From positions 2,353,826 to 2,417,825 of the forward strand of contig BDGG01000002.1 in NCBI GenBank assembly GCA_001949185.1: a stretch of 64,000 bases of DNA. The letters run 5' to 3'. Position 1 is the first letter of the stretch, and every line of letters begins with the position of its first letter. The stretch comes from Ramazzottius varieornatus (taxonomy: Eukaryota; Animalia; Tardigrada). Below, piece after piece: positions 24,263 through 37,820 of this stretch. The translations under genes and the position numbers were made by a program. Below the pieces are notes generated by a model. It worked only from the letters and a program-made list of their open reading frames with translations. It was not told the origin of the DNA and ran no database searches.

Positions 24263-27200
24263 ATGCCGAATCCTGCCATGCGAAAGTTTTCTGCTTACCG
24301 GAAGTCGTCAGTTTTCACCATCGACACCGTTTCCGACACCGGGTAAGTTGGTACACTCAGGGCTGAGCCTTATGTCTTAGTTGCGACCGGGGCCGTGCTT
24401 TGTGCACCGCGAAGGGGGATCCGGCACAGCCTTTAATTCTTCACCCGCAACGAAGCACAGTGTTGTGGTTTGATCAGCCAATCAATTACATGCTTTTCGA
24501 TTGTTAGCTCACTTGGCTGATTGTGCTGTGTTCTGTTGTCCAAGTCAGTGCAACGGTCTCACTGAAGTTCTGCATTGCTGCAGGTGGGAAACGGACATCC
24601 ATCCTCGTCAACGAAGACGTCAAGAAACACTGGCGACACAGCTATCTCTTCCGGAAGGAAACTTCTTCCGGAGACGTTTGCAAGAGGTTATTAACCGACG
24701 GCCCGACAACAAGGAGTCCAAACCCGCTGAAAACTTCCGCAGTCGGTTGTTGCTGAAAACTGGCCTGTATAATATCCTGGTAAGTTCTAGTTCCTCTACC
24801 CTCTTTAGCTCGAGCTTGGCATGAGGATGTTTGAACAGTAAAACATTGGTGATGTTGCAGGGCAAGCATATTCCTGATCGTCGGATGCGCTTCTTCACAG
24901 ACTTTTGGAACACTTTGGTCGATCTGAAATGGGCTTACGTACTTCTCTTGTACGAAATTTTTCTGCCTGGTTTTTCTTGGCAAACTGGTTCACCGCTTGC
25001 TTCGTAGTTTCCTCTTTACCTTGATCTCCTCGTGGCTGTTCTTCGCCACCATCTTCTACCTCGTAGCCGTGGCGCATGGGGATTTTCACTCCGCGAGCGA
25101 CGAGTCCTTTTCTCCTTGTTTCGCGAACTTCCACAACTTCGCTTCCGCCTTCCTTTACTCGATCGAAACCATGCATACGATAGGCTATGGACATCGTTAT
25201 ACCACGGAAAGCTGCGCATCCGCCATCGTTTTTATGTAAGCAGAAAACACCAGAAAGCTCCGTATTTCGCACTATTCCCGACGACAATTTAGAAGGAAAA
25301 CGTTGAGAAACATGCCTACTTGTTTTCCTCCTTAAGCCTCTTGTGAAATGGTCCTCTTTACAGGTGCCTCTCAGCCTTAGTTGGATGTGCCTTGGAAGCC
25401 TGCATCGTCGGCGTAGTCTTCGCGAAGTTTCAAATGCCGGCGCAGCGGGCACAGACTTTGTTGTTCAGCACGAACGCGGTTGTTTCCAGTCGCGATGGTC
25501 ATCTGGTCTTCCTCTTTCGCGTTGGCAATGTCCGCAAGAGCCTCATCATCCAACTAGCCGTAAGATTACTATTTGACTCGGCTTCGTTCCGGTTTCGACA
25601 TACTTGAAATGGTTATTACATACCTGCATACAGCTATCCACAGCCTGGTAAGGGCGTAATGTGTACACATGTACGAAAGCGCGTTTGAGTTATTTGATTA
25701 TCATGCGAACTTATCTGTTATGCGATATTCGTTCTGGAAAAAATGCTTGATTGGGGTTTGCAGATTCGGGCGCATTTGGTGCATCATCGGCTTACGTCGG
25801 AAGGCGAGCTGATGCCATTCCACCAGCACGAGATCGTCTGCAAGCTGGACAGTATGAGCGGCAACGCCTTCAGCTTGTGGCCTGTCACGGCCTGTCATGT
25901 AAGGAGCACTGATCCAAACAAATACCTCATCTAATTGCTTTGGTTGGTTTCCTTACAGGTAATCGATCGAAGTAGTCCGCTGTATGAACTCAACAAAGAA
26001 TCTCTCAAACACTCCAAGTTCGAAATCATCGTTACATTAGAAGGTACGAGCGTTTCTTTATCCGAGGTTCTTTCCATACTAAAATAATACTCCGGTTTCG
26101 ATCACAGGTGTCGTAGAAAACACGGGTTCGGTTCTCCAAGCCCGTACTTCTTACACGCCTCAAGAAATCATTTGGGGCCACAGCTTTACGGGGCTCTTGA
26201 CCTACCGGAAGGAAAAAGGGCAGTATGTCGTTGACTTTAACCACTTTCAGAAAATCGAGGTGAGAAATTCCTTTTGCAGTTTAAATCGACTGAAACCTGC
26301 AACAGAAATTACAGTGGCAGTTGTTTTCCAAGTGGCGCATGTTGTTACCGGCTGTAGGAGTGCGCCACGTGGAAATACGAGTTTGTTTGCCGAGGCTCAG
26401 CAGGCCGTACAACTCCCATTCGAATTCTCACTTGTGCTGGCCAGTGGGTTCTGTTCGAAAACATTTTGCACCGGAAATAACGATACTCAGGAAATATTTA
26501 GAGATTAAGTTCAGCATATTTTCGAAATAATGTCATAGGTTGAAGATGAATTCTGTATTTAATTTTGGCGTTTTTAGTCGGTCAAAGATATGCTAGAGTA
26601 TTCAGCCCGTGAGCTCGAGCAACGGGACGGCACCATGAGCGCGCCAGAATTCGATACCGAGGAGGTGCTCACTCATATCCGGTCACGAACAGCCAGTGAT
26701 GCGATAGACTGCGCCCCACCCCGTCATCGCAGTAAGTCCTTCAACGTGGCGCTTTCCATACTGGATGTCGGACAAACGGGTCCGATCGTTGAAGAAGCTG
26801 GAAGTCTCCGCAGTGCCCGACGACGAAAGTCCTCACATGGACGCTTCTCCAACGTCGAGCAGGTTGAAGAAATTTTCAGGCCGTCTAGTCCAAGCTTAGC
26901 TCGAGCTGTTTCGGCGTCCGCGCAAAACTTTGAAGTCATGCAGACCATGGCGAGAGACTACGAGGTAACATGATTGGCGTCATGCAGAATCGTGATGGAG
27001 TAAACAAAATGATGGAATAAACAAATGGGACCTGGGCACACTAATTTAGCCAGATCGTCTTCTGATGTGGCGCACACTATCAGTCAACTGCAATGAAAGC
27101 GTGCGCCACTTGAGGTAACAATCCGGTTGACTTCATGTGGCGCACGTTTCATTGCTTGTGGTCCACAGCCTGTGCCACTTGGGAAAACGAACTGATTCAG

Positions 27201-27528
27201 TCGCTCTGTTCCTGTTTCAAGTTTTTTCTTTCGTTTCAGAGGAAAATGTCGCGGCAGCAGAATGTCTCTCATGAGGATGCAAGTCATTCTCATGGGTTGC
27301 ATATGCGTTCGCGAATGAGTACGAGTAGCCCGGACATAAAGCGACGCTTGGCCATGATCGAGTCGGTCTCGGAGCCCATTGTGGAACTTGAGATGGAGGA
27401 AGCTAGTACCGACAACGCTGACGAAGTAAGTTGTGGTTATTCAATTCGGTTGATCGTTCAGGGAATACCCATACGAACTGCCTGTTTCACTACAGGTGAC
27501 CGAGGTGAGTCAGGTGACCAGACTTTGA
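24263..27528 (+). CDS. Inward-rectifier potassium channel (Kir)
   Basis: FTDFWNTLVDLKW, FLYSIETMHTIGYG, TLLFSTNAVV, FLFRVGNVRKS, HVIDRSSPLY and QARTSYTPQEIIWGHSF. In-frame exons 27240-27425 and 27496-27528 end in VTRL*. Confidence 0.93.
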
Positions 27529-28609
27529 GAACCTCCTCGCAAACCCGAAACTTTTCGTTTTGTGACACATGTTGTGGTGGTAATGTAAGGTCCAATCGAT
27601 GTTAGAGTTACTCTATGTAGTAAATATCAAACTTGCATTGGCTAGGTGTTTGTTTGAGTCTGCTGTTTCCTTTGTTTGAACCTAGAGGAAGAACCGATTT
27701 CTTATCCGAAACCATTGAGGTGAAACATTCGGGTTATGTGCCTTGAGCGGGTAACTGATCGTTTCCGGTCTCGAGACTATCGACGCGTAACTTACTACAC
27801 CGAAGAACGGGTCACATGTTATGGTACCCATGACTATTTCCTTAATTTGGGTGGCCGGGCAGATGAAATGAACTAGATCTTCTACGCAAGTGGCGCGCTT
27901 TTAACGTCGACAAACTACAGCCAATTTAATACGCATATAAATACATTATATCCAATGGGTAGTAAAGGCTACTGAGTTTGATCGCTTGAGTGAATATCAG
28001 ATAACCCCCCCCCAGCCTTATGTCGACATCCTCAGCTCTGCAGCACAAAGCGATCAAGCCGGCGAAAATAATCAAAAGCATGGGGATATGCATCTCCACT
28101 GGACGATATCGTCGGAATCAATCGAAGCGTTGCCGCTTTCGGCCGGTGGCCGGAGGTTTTGTTCAGGCAGCTAGTTAGGCGAGGCGCGTGAACTAGCAGA
28201 AATAACTTCAAGCGACCGGACCAGGAAGTATGTATGGGGGGAACGGACAGACTAAAGTAGGCACCTCGCTCCTAAGAATTGCATCATATCGTACTGGCGA
28301 TGAACTCAGCTCCCGTGCCTGGACGCGCCCTTGGTAAGTATCACTAAGTGACTAATCTTTTTCGATTGCAGGGCAACACTCGACTTTCGACTTCAAAAAA
28401 TCTGATTAGATGCTGATTGTCTACCATGAAATTCCAAGATTCCAAGAAATTTCACGCTTCTAAGCATGCTGTCCACATTCCCCAATTATGTTGGCTTGAC
28501 CACAGAGCCAAAAACCAACGTGAACATTATCCATCAACAAGTACATTGCGGCAACGGTGTTTGTCCCAAAGGGTATCTAGCGATATGCAGTTGCACCGTG
28601 AAATGAAAT

Positions 28610-29174
28610 TTATTCCGCTTCCCCAACCATGATAGGTCGTCGAATGGGTGCTGCCGGCTTGAGACCGAGAGCTCCTTGTTTGAATTCTTCGGGAGTCATG
28701 TGAGCGTGGCAATTGAGATTCATTCCGACGAAATCGGAGGCCAGTTTCTTGCCGCTGGCTTGCTGGGCCTGGTTGGCTCGCACCATTTGAACGGTCTTCA
28801 GGAATGTCGCTTTCTGAGCTGCATCCTTCTTTGGATCTGTGGTCACTTCTGCAAAAAACGTGCAGGTTTACAGTGAGCATGAGCTGAAACAGTAACCCTA
28901 CTAGCTGATTCATCACTTGATGAAGCTTACTGCAAAACTTCTTGTAGGCTTCCCAGTCCCGAGGTACGTTGGTGTTGGGCTGTAAGAAATTAAAATCATG
29001 AATCTCCTCGACCGGTTGCATCAGAAACAAGACCCAGTAAACCAAACACCTGGAAAGTAAACTTACATCGGCATCAGCGATGGCCCCTGGGCTTCTGCGT
29101 CCGTCAAGTGTCACGGCTGCCAAGCTGACGGCCAAGAGCCCGAACAAAGCAGATCCGAGAAGAGCGGACTGCAT
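28610..29174 (-). CDS. Secreted stand-alone cathepsin propeptide inhibitor (I29; CTLA-2/crammer-like)
   Basis: Exons 29174-29067, 28979-28931 and 28848-28610 are phase-consistent. Signal peptide, DWEAYKK, an ERFNIN-like D..K..F..V..V..N segment and MNLNCHAHMTPEEF, then a stop with no protease domain. TATA-like sequence near 29290. Confidence 0.8.
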
Positions 29175-31345
29175 TTTAGAAACAAATTCTGCCGGTTGGA
29201 GCAGAGACTGGTAAAATGCCGGTAATGCCGTGGAATGAGGCAGTGGATTGCAGCTGGAAATAAGACTACAAGTGTTCTTGTGTATGTTATATAGCCACTA
29301 GACGAGGATGTTTGGGGCATCGAAGTATTGCCCTTGGCACATTTTAGTCCGACATGAACATGCTTTTCCAGTACGCGAACAGTAAGACTTTTTCCTTGTT
29401 CGGAGCAGGTATTGTTATCAGTGTCGTAGCCGAATCACTACCACACTGCGACGCGCGACGTCGTGCTGTTCCAAGTAAATGGGTCCAGATGTACTGGGCG
29501 GCAACAAGAGCGAGACTTCAGCACTGTCAGGTTGTCAGATGAATAACTAACTTTCGGCAAAAACTGTCATGTTGAGGGCCAACCGTTAATTATCGCTGGA
29601 ATTCTACAAAGCCTGATCGTCTCTCAAGATTACCGGTTTCAATACTAACCTTAACAGAACTTGTTTCGTCAGCATGGTTATGTTGCAGCGCTGAGTGTTT
29701 CTTACAACCTACAGCTGGGAACGTTTTGAGTTCCCAAAATGAAGAAAGTCATTTCGGACTGGGTGATTTTGTCAATGGACAAAAATGTTCAGGAAGCGAT
29801 TTTTTCATTTGGGGCTATTAGGGGCGAGTTGAAACGGCTGATGCACCCTTGTGTAGCACTCATCGGAGTATCTCATGGTGCAAAGCTCATGGGCGGCAGA
29901 TGAACGTTAAGCGAGATAACACTTCGGCAGAGAAGGGTCCTACAGTGGTTATGATTGAACTTTGAACCATCGCGAGTGAGCGAACTGAGGCCCTTTTTTG
30001 CCTTGATGTTCAGGAACATCACTTCGTGGTGAAAGCTCGTACAGCACAAAGTCGACAACAGTGATTCATACAGGCGTACAAGACGGAGAGTATAGATGAC
30101 CGAGACCAAGATGGGGAGCCTGCAAACGGTCTCGGAAGAATCGTTATCTTGTGTGGCGCAGTTTTCATTCCTGTTGGCGGGTAATGTGAAAACAAAGCGG
30201 GTCAAAAGGGCCTAGATTTGACACCGAGCTGTTCATCTTCATCATACCGCGCAATTTCTATCTTAAAACTCTCGATGATCTGTGTGTATAGCGCGGATGA
30301 GACGTCCGCAAATGAGTTCAGCTGGTGGTTTTCCCAGAGGCGCTCACTCTCTGTGTCGGTAGCAATGGACACGAACACCACTTGAGATAGGGATCTTGTT
30401 CATTTGCCGACATCCCATGATATCTCCGCCGCTATAACTGTCGAAACATGGTATTTTACTAAGAACAGAGTGGACTGCGGATCTGCTTTCCGTTGATTTC
30501 TTTGCCAACTGAAATGATTAATCACTATGTGCAACACCAGTCAGTTCTGACCTGAACCCTGTTGGAAATAGGCGGCGACCCATACTCCGTTGATACGCTA
30601 GAGGTCTAACGGCCGAAAATCAGCAGTAAGGGTCCAACGTGATGAATGAAGGGATACGTTCCATCACCACCTAAACATTCCAGTCTTATTTCCACTGCCG
30701 ACAGTGACATGGAATAATCATGTTCAGTTGTACGGAGAATTAACGACTAATTACAAGTTTAGTTCGGTATTTCAACTAGGTCAGAAATTACGCCGTCACT
30801 ACCACGTTCGCACTCCTGCTCCTCTGACTTCACGCAGATATCAATAGTACACTCAATAGTAAACCGGACATGAAACCAAAAACCAAATTCTACGTTCCAC
30901 CTGCTGGAAGAGTTCAATCGCGGATCGACATCGGCTGAACATAGAGCTCACCCTGTCGTATCTGCTGAGCAGCCCACCAGAAGATTACTAGAAGTCCATG
31001 AGGCAGGAAATATTTAATTCTCCCCACCCCGCTAAAGCAGCACATTTCGCGAGTCGTTTTTGCACCCGGAACAACGGAAATTTTTGCTTTTAAATTCCAG
31101 AAGTCTCAGTGAGATAACTTCTGACTGCTGTTATGAGGACTTAGCGCTCTTCTAACCAATGCTATGACTGGCTTCGAAATCTGTTGAGCCAGGGTGCGGT
31201 GAAAAAAATCAGAAAACCGGCTGAAGAAAATGTTCCTCTTGCGGTTTTGTAATTTCAACGTTCTCTGCCTGTTGTCAGCGCACGGGGCAGTTGTTGCCGC
31301 AGAAAAAGGAAGAGTGTTGGTGGACAATATTCTTCCTTATTAGGT

Positions 31346-31410
31346 CGTGAGGGAGCCGTAAGGGAGCCGTGAGGGAGCCGTGAGGGAGCCGTGAGGGAGC
31401 CGTGAGGGAG
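31346..31410. repeat. 11-bp minisatellite (CGTGAGGGAGC) x ~6
   Basis: Directly visible tandem repeat. Confidence 0.95.
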
Positions 31411-32562
31411 GTAGACTGGATGGAACCGGTAGGACTTTGCCTAATCGGCTCTACTAAGGCCGTGACGGGGAAGACTTTTGCTGCAAACCGCGGAATACTG
31501 ACGGTGTGTAGATAGATTCCTCGTTAGTTGACCATGGGCCACTATCCAAGGCGAACACATCGAGTGCTGAAGTCGCGCCTAAAAACAGGTGATCGCCAAG
31601 GTTTGCTACACTGAACTTCTGACTGTAAATTCTTTAAGTACACTGGTTGATGTGATAACTTCACAACGTCACAGCCCGTCGATCGTGTTAGAGAGTTTGC
31701 GCAGATATATATTTCAAGAAACTTGTGACGGCAGAAAGTACGCCTAGGAAGTAACAATTATTTAGCCTGCAAGTACTCAAAATTCGAAGATTTCTCATTG
31801 CGGCATATACTCCAGCCAATAGATGCTAGGCGTTGATGGTCTGATAGTGTGTCAAAGATTAAAAACAAAACTGTGGATAAGCCGGAGTCGTAAGAAATGG
31901 TCGAGACTTACGGGTAGAGAATACTCAAGTTCGGCTTCGTATATACTTTGCATGACGTCAGATCCTTCGTAAGGCATTCGCAAGCCCCTCAGTATTCTGT
32001 TCTCGCAAGTTGAAACAAGAGCTATGACGTATTGAAGTTATCACAGAGGCCAGTGTAACTGATATTGCAGGACTCACCAGGATAAGCGGAGCCCTCGTAG
32101 CCGTATTGCTCGTAGTTGCCGCCGCTGGTATGGGTACCTTGCAATTGCGTACATATAAGAAGCAGTGACTGTTTCCGTCTATGGATCATCAGGATGAAAT
32201 TGCGATAAAATAGAGTCTTGCCGTGAGATAGCTACTTGGTGGCTTTTGGAACCCGAACGCCTACATTCTGGAAACTCAGGAGAAGCCTGTTACCAGTCCT
32301 GGTTACCTGATACTGTAGACCTTATCGGCACAGGTCCCATACCACAAGCGAAATCCCTTGACGAGAAATTGGTTTCCTGTAGGGCCTATACAGCCGCAAG
32401 CTCGGACTCGTCACCGTTATGACGTCTAACTGTGAGCGTCACATGGTCGCAATAGGTACGCTCTTGTGTCTGCCAATTTAGAATACTGCAGAATGACTAA
32501 TAGTCCTACTCGAAACTTCTCTATTCATTTCTCAAAGCACCGTTTACTCGAGAGTTATCAGT

Positions 32563-35500
32563 TCATATTTCATTTGCCCGGGTGAACTGGTTCTCGATGG
32601 ACCGATAGAGCTTTGTTATGTCTATGGGATGCACAGCTCTGCATGGAACAACAGGATTTCTGCAACAAAAGCCAGTGTTGGTGTCATTTAGGGTGCGACC
32701 TGTTCAAGTCTGGTTCTTTACTCACATGTCGGACGGAACTCGGAAGGCATTGAGAGGAACTTTCCTTAACCCTGTCGTTTGGCATAATATTTCGGCCATA
32801 GTTATCCGCCGCATCTGATTGAGTAGATCCAGCGGAAACTGTGTTGGGTTCTCGTGCCAATATCGGTCGGATATGCGTTTAGACCGGAACTCAAGAGAGA
32901 TGACACAGCCAAATGCCGGTCCAACTGCGGCATCTTTTGTCAATGGTACTTCCATCATCCCACCAACCATAAAATCCTGCAAGCAGGTAAATGCTTTGAC
33001 TTACCGTTCTAAGTCAGGTATAATCCGAAAACTTCCACCTACGATGTCATCCACATGCCGATACAGCCCTTGCAGCACCGCAATGTTTTCAGGCGTCATA
33101 GAGTCTTCCAGATCGGCAAAGTGTCGAGCTCGCTCTTTACCGCAAGCGTGGCGAACATCATTGAAGGTTCCTAAGCCTGAAGAGGAGCGTTCGTTCCCTT
33201 CACGGTTTTGTCCATGAAAGTTAAAACTATCAGACACAAGAGCTTACCATGGTCTCGTCCGCGCTGAATATCAATAGCGATAAGGTCCAGTCCAAAAGGC
33301 GAGGCGCCTCGGAATAGTCGACCCTGTATTTCGATCGTGGAGTGACGATCGAACGCCAGGGTCGCTTCTTCCAGCAGGCCTGCTGTGATAGCATCCACAC
33401 TACCTTCTGTGAAACGTAACAGGAAAAATAAGCTAGATACGAAGAACACGGAAAAGTAGTGTCGTGTGGAAAATTACCTTCGTATAGGATGGTCTGGTTG
33501 TTGAACTGAGTGGACAGCACCAAATCTTCCGCCATTCCAGCTCCGTCTCGATGCCGTGGCACAACATCGTCCAGCAACGTATGCAACCTGTCGAACTTAA
33601 AGCCATGGAGGCTTGATATTCTGGATGATTTTCTTGTGTACGCACCTGAATGCCGCTGAGGTAAATTCATTTAGTACGTGCGGATTGAAGGTATCGTCAT
33701 ACTCTTCAAAGTGACCGTTGTCCAGCAATCTCAAAGGATGTCCCGGCTCCAATATCGAACTACCCAGTAACACAGGCAGAAGTTCCTTATAGACCACCAC
33801 TTGGTATACAGCAGTAACGAATTTTTTTGTTTCCTGAAACACTTCCTCGTCATTCCAGTTCGTGAAGTGTTGAGACATCTGTCTTGCCACCAGGTTGTGA
33901 TAACGCACGAATATGGTATGAATAGTTGACAACATGGGCGTTTGATTGACTCGATCGTCGCCAGCAAGAAAGCAGGTTCGATGGCCACCAGCTGCTTTGC
34001 ATGATGAAGTGAAGCTTGAAGGAATGGAAGGAAGCAGCTGGTTGAAGATATCCGTGTAGGGCTCGTTGGTCGATCCGTCGACTATATCCCGGAAAGTCAA
34101 TTGACCGTCGAGAAAGCTCCGTATCCGGAGACTCTGGGGAATACTGCTGCCGTAAATCTGCGAACCGTCCAACCAGTGCGTCACTGTTGAGAACTGTTCC
34201 CGCATTCCTGAAAAAAGAGCCCGAATAAGAGCTGAGAAATACTGTGCAGCGCGGCTTCGATCAACCCGAGAATGTACCATTAGTATGGCAGCGAGCTTTC
34301 CTCGATGGCAGGGATCGAGCAAACTGGTGGCAAGTGACGTTGAACTGTGAGTAGAAGGGATCAAAAGGCGGGACAGAGAACTGGAAGCATTCCGACATGG
34401 TGCAGCCTCGGTTGACGGCGCAGCAGTCCGGCTGCTGTCCTCTCGCTTGTAAAACCGGTGCTTCAAGATAAAAGAAATTACTGTTAGGTTGCAGAAGGCA
34501 TGCCTAGCTTTCCCATAAGATACGGTAAATTACGATTTGGAGCTTACTCAGTGCAAGATCGTGGGAGACGAACTGTCCGAAGATTGGTAGAAAAAGGTTA
34601 GACGATGGATGGGACACGCGGTGATGTTGACTCATTGCCATACTGAGTAGTCTGGGGTTAGGTAGGGGGACGTCTTCGATATCATTTTCAGTGATGACGG
34701 AAAACAGGCGAGGTGCGTCTTGCCCTTCACAAAGAAATTAGGTGATCTCAAACCGAAAAAAATCGATCAAAATTCGAATAGACGTTGTTACCATCGGCAT
34801 AAGTCGGAAACGTCACGCGGCTATAGGCTTCCGAAGCATTGCCCCAATGCGGCTCCCTCAAATTGTTACATATCCCGTCCAGGGAGCGATAGTCCAGAAA
34901 CTGCTCACACCTCAGCCGTTCGGGCTCAAATTCCCGACAAGCCTTTTTATCCGGCCTATGGTTAGTCGGTCGTGACGAGTGAAGCAGCATCGGATCGTAT
35001 CCGTTACGCAATAATATCCCTTCTGAAGGTCGATCAAAGTCCGAGTAAGTGGTTATGGCTGCACTGCTAAAAAATGAGACCAGTGACGTCATCGCGGTAC
35101 TGTTGAAAGCTGCGCTGGACAGTCGCTTTCTGTTTAGGTGAACTGTATCTTACCATATGACGCCGCCAGTGTTTGCCGTTCGGCTTTCCCTGATCGCTAC
35201 AGGTATCGCATTGGCGCGCACTCCCATGCGCTTTTCGCCGTACAACAAACTGGTCTTCTTGCGATAACCATGAGGATAATCCTGGGGGCTAGAATGTATC
35301 GGAGGAGGATTTCTTGGCAGGGTGGCAGGTAAGTCTAGCACAACTAAAAACATGCCTGATCGTGAGCTATGGACAAACACAACAAAGTTCAAAAATCAAA
35401 TTTAAAAGACTTCGTCCGAAATTCGAAAATTCCATGATTCAAGATAGCAAGTCATTAGAACGATCAGTCAGACTCACTGCAGTTTTTCGGAATGCTGAAA

Positions 35501-36264
35501 TCGTCGTACTGGCCGTGGTCGTGCGGAACAGAATAGTTCGCAAACGGTTTCTCGCTAACTGTGACATTAACCTTAAGTGCTGGAGCGGAAGATCTGGCGC
35601 TTCGGCCAACAAGAGCAGCCATCATTTGTGGTTGGTAATTGTGGTACTTGATGTCCTGCTGGATATCCTGAAATTGTAGCAGTTGATGAAGTTGGAAAGG
35701 CTGCCGCAGCAGCTCCGCTGGACTGAACGGTTCCGGCTGATAGGGCTCGATAGGTGGTAACTGAGACTGTTGTTTCTCCAAAATTTGTTTGGTCTTCAGT
35801 TGGAGCTCTTGCTCCTTCTGTTGCCTCTGCTGGTTTTGTAGCTGTTTGACTTGTGCTTGAAGCTGTTGAAGTTGCTGTTGAATGAGCTGGTTGACAGCAG
35901 GTTCAGTGGGATGAGGTGGTTGTCGCGCGAGGTCAGAATTCAATATGGCGTCCACTTTGTCTTTCAACGGCGGTACGGGAGGAGTTTTGGGGAATTCTGG
36001 CGCGACTTTTTGTAACCTTGCAAAGAAATTTTGCTTTGCCGCGCTTTGCTCGGAACGGACAGTCATTTTGGATCGCAGGACCGAACCGGGTGCTAGTCCA
36101 ACGTGGGTCCGTAAGTACTGTAGCAAAGGATTCTTCAGACTCTTGAGCGGTTTGGGCTGGACGGTGACAGGCTTGACATCCATAGAGATGAGTAGAGCAC
36201 ACACTTGATGGAGAAAGAAAAGAAAAAAAATTGAAAAGTTCGGCCAAGTCGATCGCACATTCAT
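32563..36264 (-). CDS. Animal haem peroxidase (chorion peroxidase/peroxinectin-like), multi-exon
   Basis: Signal peptide and Q/P-rich N-terminus, then YRSLDGICNNL, FGQFVSHD, THWLDGSQIYG, CFLAGDDRVNQ, EFTSAAFRLH, DIQRGRDHG and SDRYWHEN. Last exon NPVVPC...ANEI*. Confidence 0.93.
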
Positions 36265-37121
36265 TGTGGCTTAACCCAGAGATCGCAACCCTGACCGCCA
36301 TATGCATTAATAAGTATACGTCGCTTCTGCAATTCCCGTGATGTGGTCTATCATTATGGTAAAGAAGGAAACGGAAAAAAGACCGACCGGAATCAAAACT
36401 GTTCAATTGAAGCGCCCAGGTACAGTGAGTAGCAGAAACGGTGCTCGCGACCTTGCCAAAGCATGGTAACGGAGGGCGGACTCGTTTTCTTGTTCGCGGC
36501 TTACTAGCGCTCTTGCCCCAGATCAATTAATCGGCTCAGTAATTTAAGCACTTTGCATTGAATACGGTACTTCACCGTAGTACCGTACAACTGTCTGCAC
36601 AAAGCAGCAACTTGAAATTATGCTCGAGTTGTAAGGATGCCGCCTTTAGCCTTTTCAAACGAACTGAACCAGATTGTTGTTTTCGATGGCGCAAGTTTCC
36701 ATTGTTGATGGCTGGAAAAGTGCGCCACGTGGAAAAACAAACTGGTTCCGACCAGCTCTCCGTGTCCTATTTTGTACTTTTCTACAACGTTCTGCAGCTG
36801 AGCCCTAAACCGAAAAGGTTGAATTCTGCCAGGAAAGCCGTCAGGCAATACATAGGACATTTGCTGACACCGTGTAACATCAGCTTGCAACACCAATGCT
36901 AGAATCGACACGACTAAATTTGCCGCTAGTTTTGGGAAGAAAAATAAGAAAAGAATCCTATTATCTCGTAAATGTCATCTACCAAGACGTAAGTCTCTAG
37001 CAGGTATATTCAGCTGGCAGAATTTTCGTGCTTTCCACCATCCTCAGCTAGGTATATATAAAACCACGTTGAAGAGGCGTGTCCAGAGGTTCGCTTTCCT
37101 TACCCAGGTGGATACAAAATC

Positions 37122-37820
37122 ATGGCTCCCCATACGATACTCCGCCTGCTTGCTTCGTCGCTTTTTGTTGCAACTACTTACGCCAAGATCCTCCAACAAT
37201 CCACCAGCCCGATGCTTCTGAAAAAAACAGCAGGAGAACCGACGTCCTCTGCTGACTACTTTACATCGATCGCCGGTCAGAACTACCATAGTGTCTACTA
37301 CTGCGCTCCTTCGGGTTGTAAAGTTATGAGGATGGTTGGCCGGTTGAGTTCAAGTGACCGATGACGTACTATAATGTCAGGCGCTTCGCCAAAAAAAACC
37401 GTCCCTGTTTCAACAACAAAAGTTTGAATTTTGCACGTGGTCTCGGCCGGTAATCTACTCCCCACTTTCGTCTTCCATATAGAAGATCCAGATCTCAGCA
37501 TCATTTTGATCTACCGTGAGGTCAGAATAGTGCAGTCAGTGCTGAAATGGTTTCGGAACAAGCATCGTCATATCTGCCTGTTTTACGGTTCGAAAGAGGC
37601 CAATCAATCAGATCTCGAATCAATTCGCGAAGTGCTAATAATTCATATCTCTGGCCTCCAACGGAATTCCCAGTGTTGCTCCAATATGATCTTTTCGATT
37701 CTGATTGCAATTACGATTACTCCGAATACTTCGGGCGGCAGCAATTTCAACTTTCTGAGACTCAGCTCAGCTGAATTAGCAATTAAAATTAATCTGAATC
37801 CAGCTCGCATCAGCAATTGA
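37122..37820 (+). CDS. Possible small secreted protein (exon 1 at 37122-~37317; downstream exon unresolved)
   Basis: TATATATAAAA at 37053, signal peptide MAPHTILRLLASSLFVATTYA and a GT donor near 37318. No recognisable domain. Confidence 0.3.

Noticed and set aside
27246-27605. Separate small gene starting MSRQQNVSH
   Set aside because: It is preceded by an in-frame acceptor at 27239 and is better read as terminal Kir exons.
31346-31410. CRISPR-like or telomeric array
   Set aside because: It is an 11-bp tandem unit with no spacers, in a eukaryotic interstitial position.
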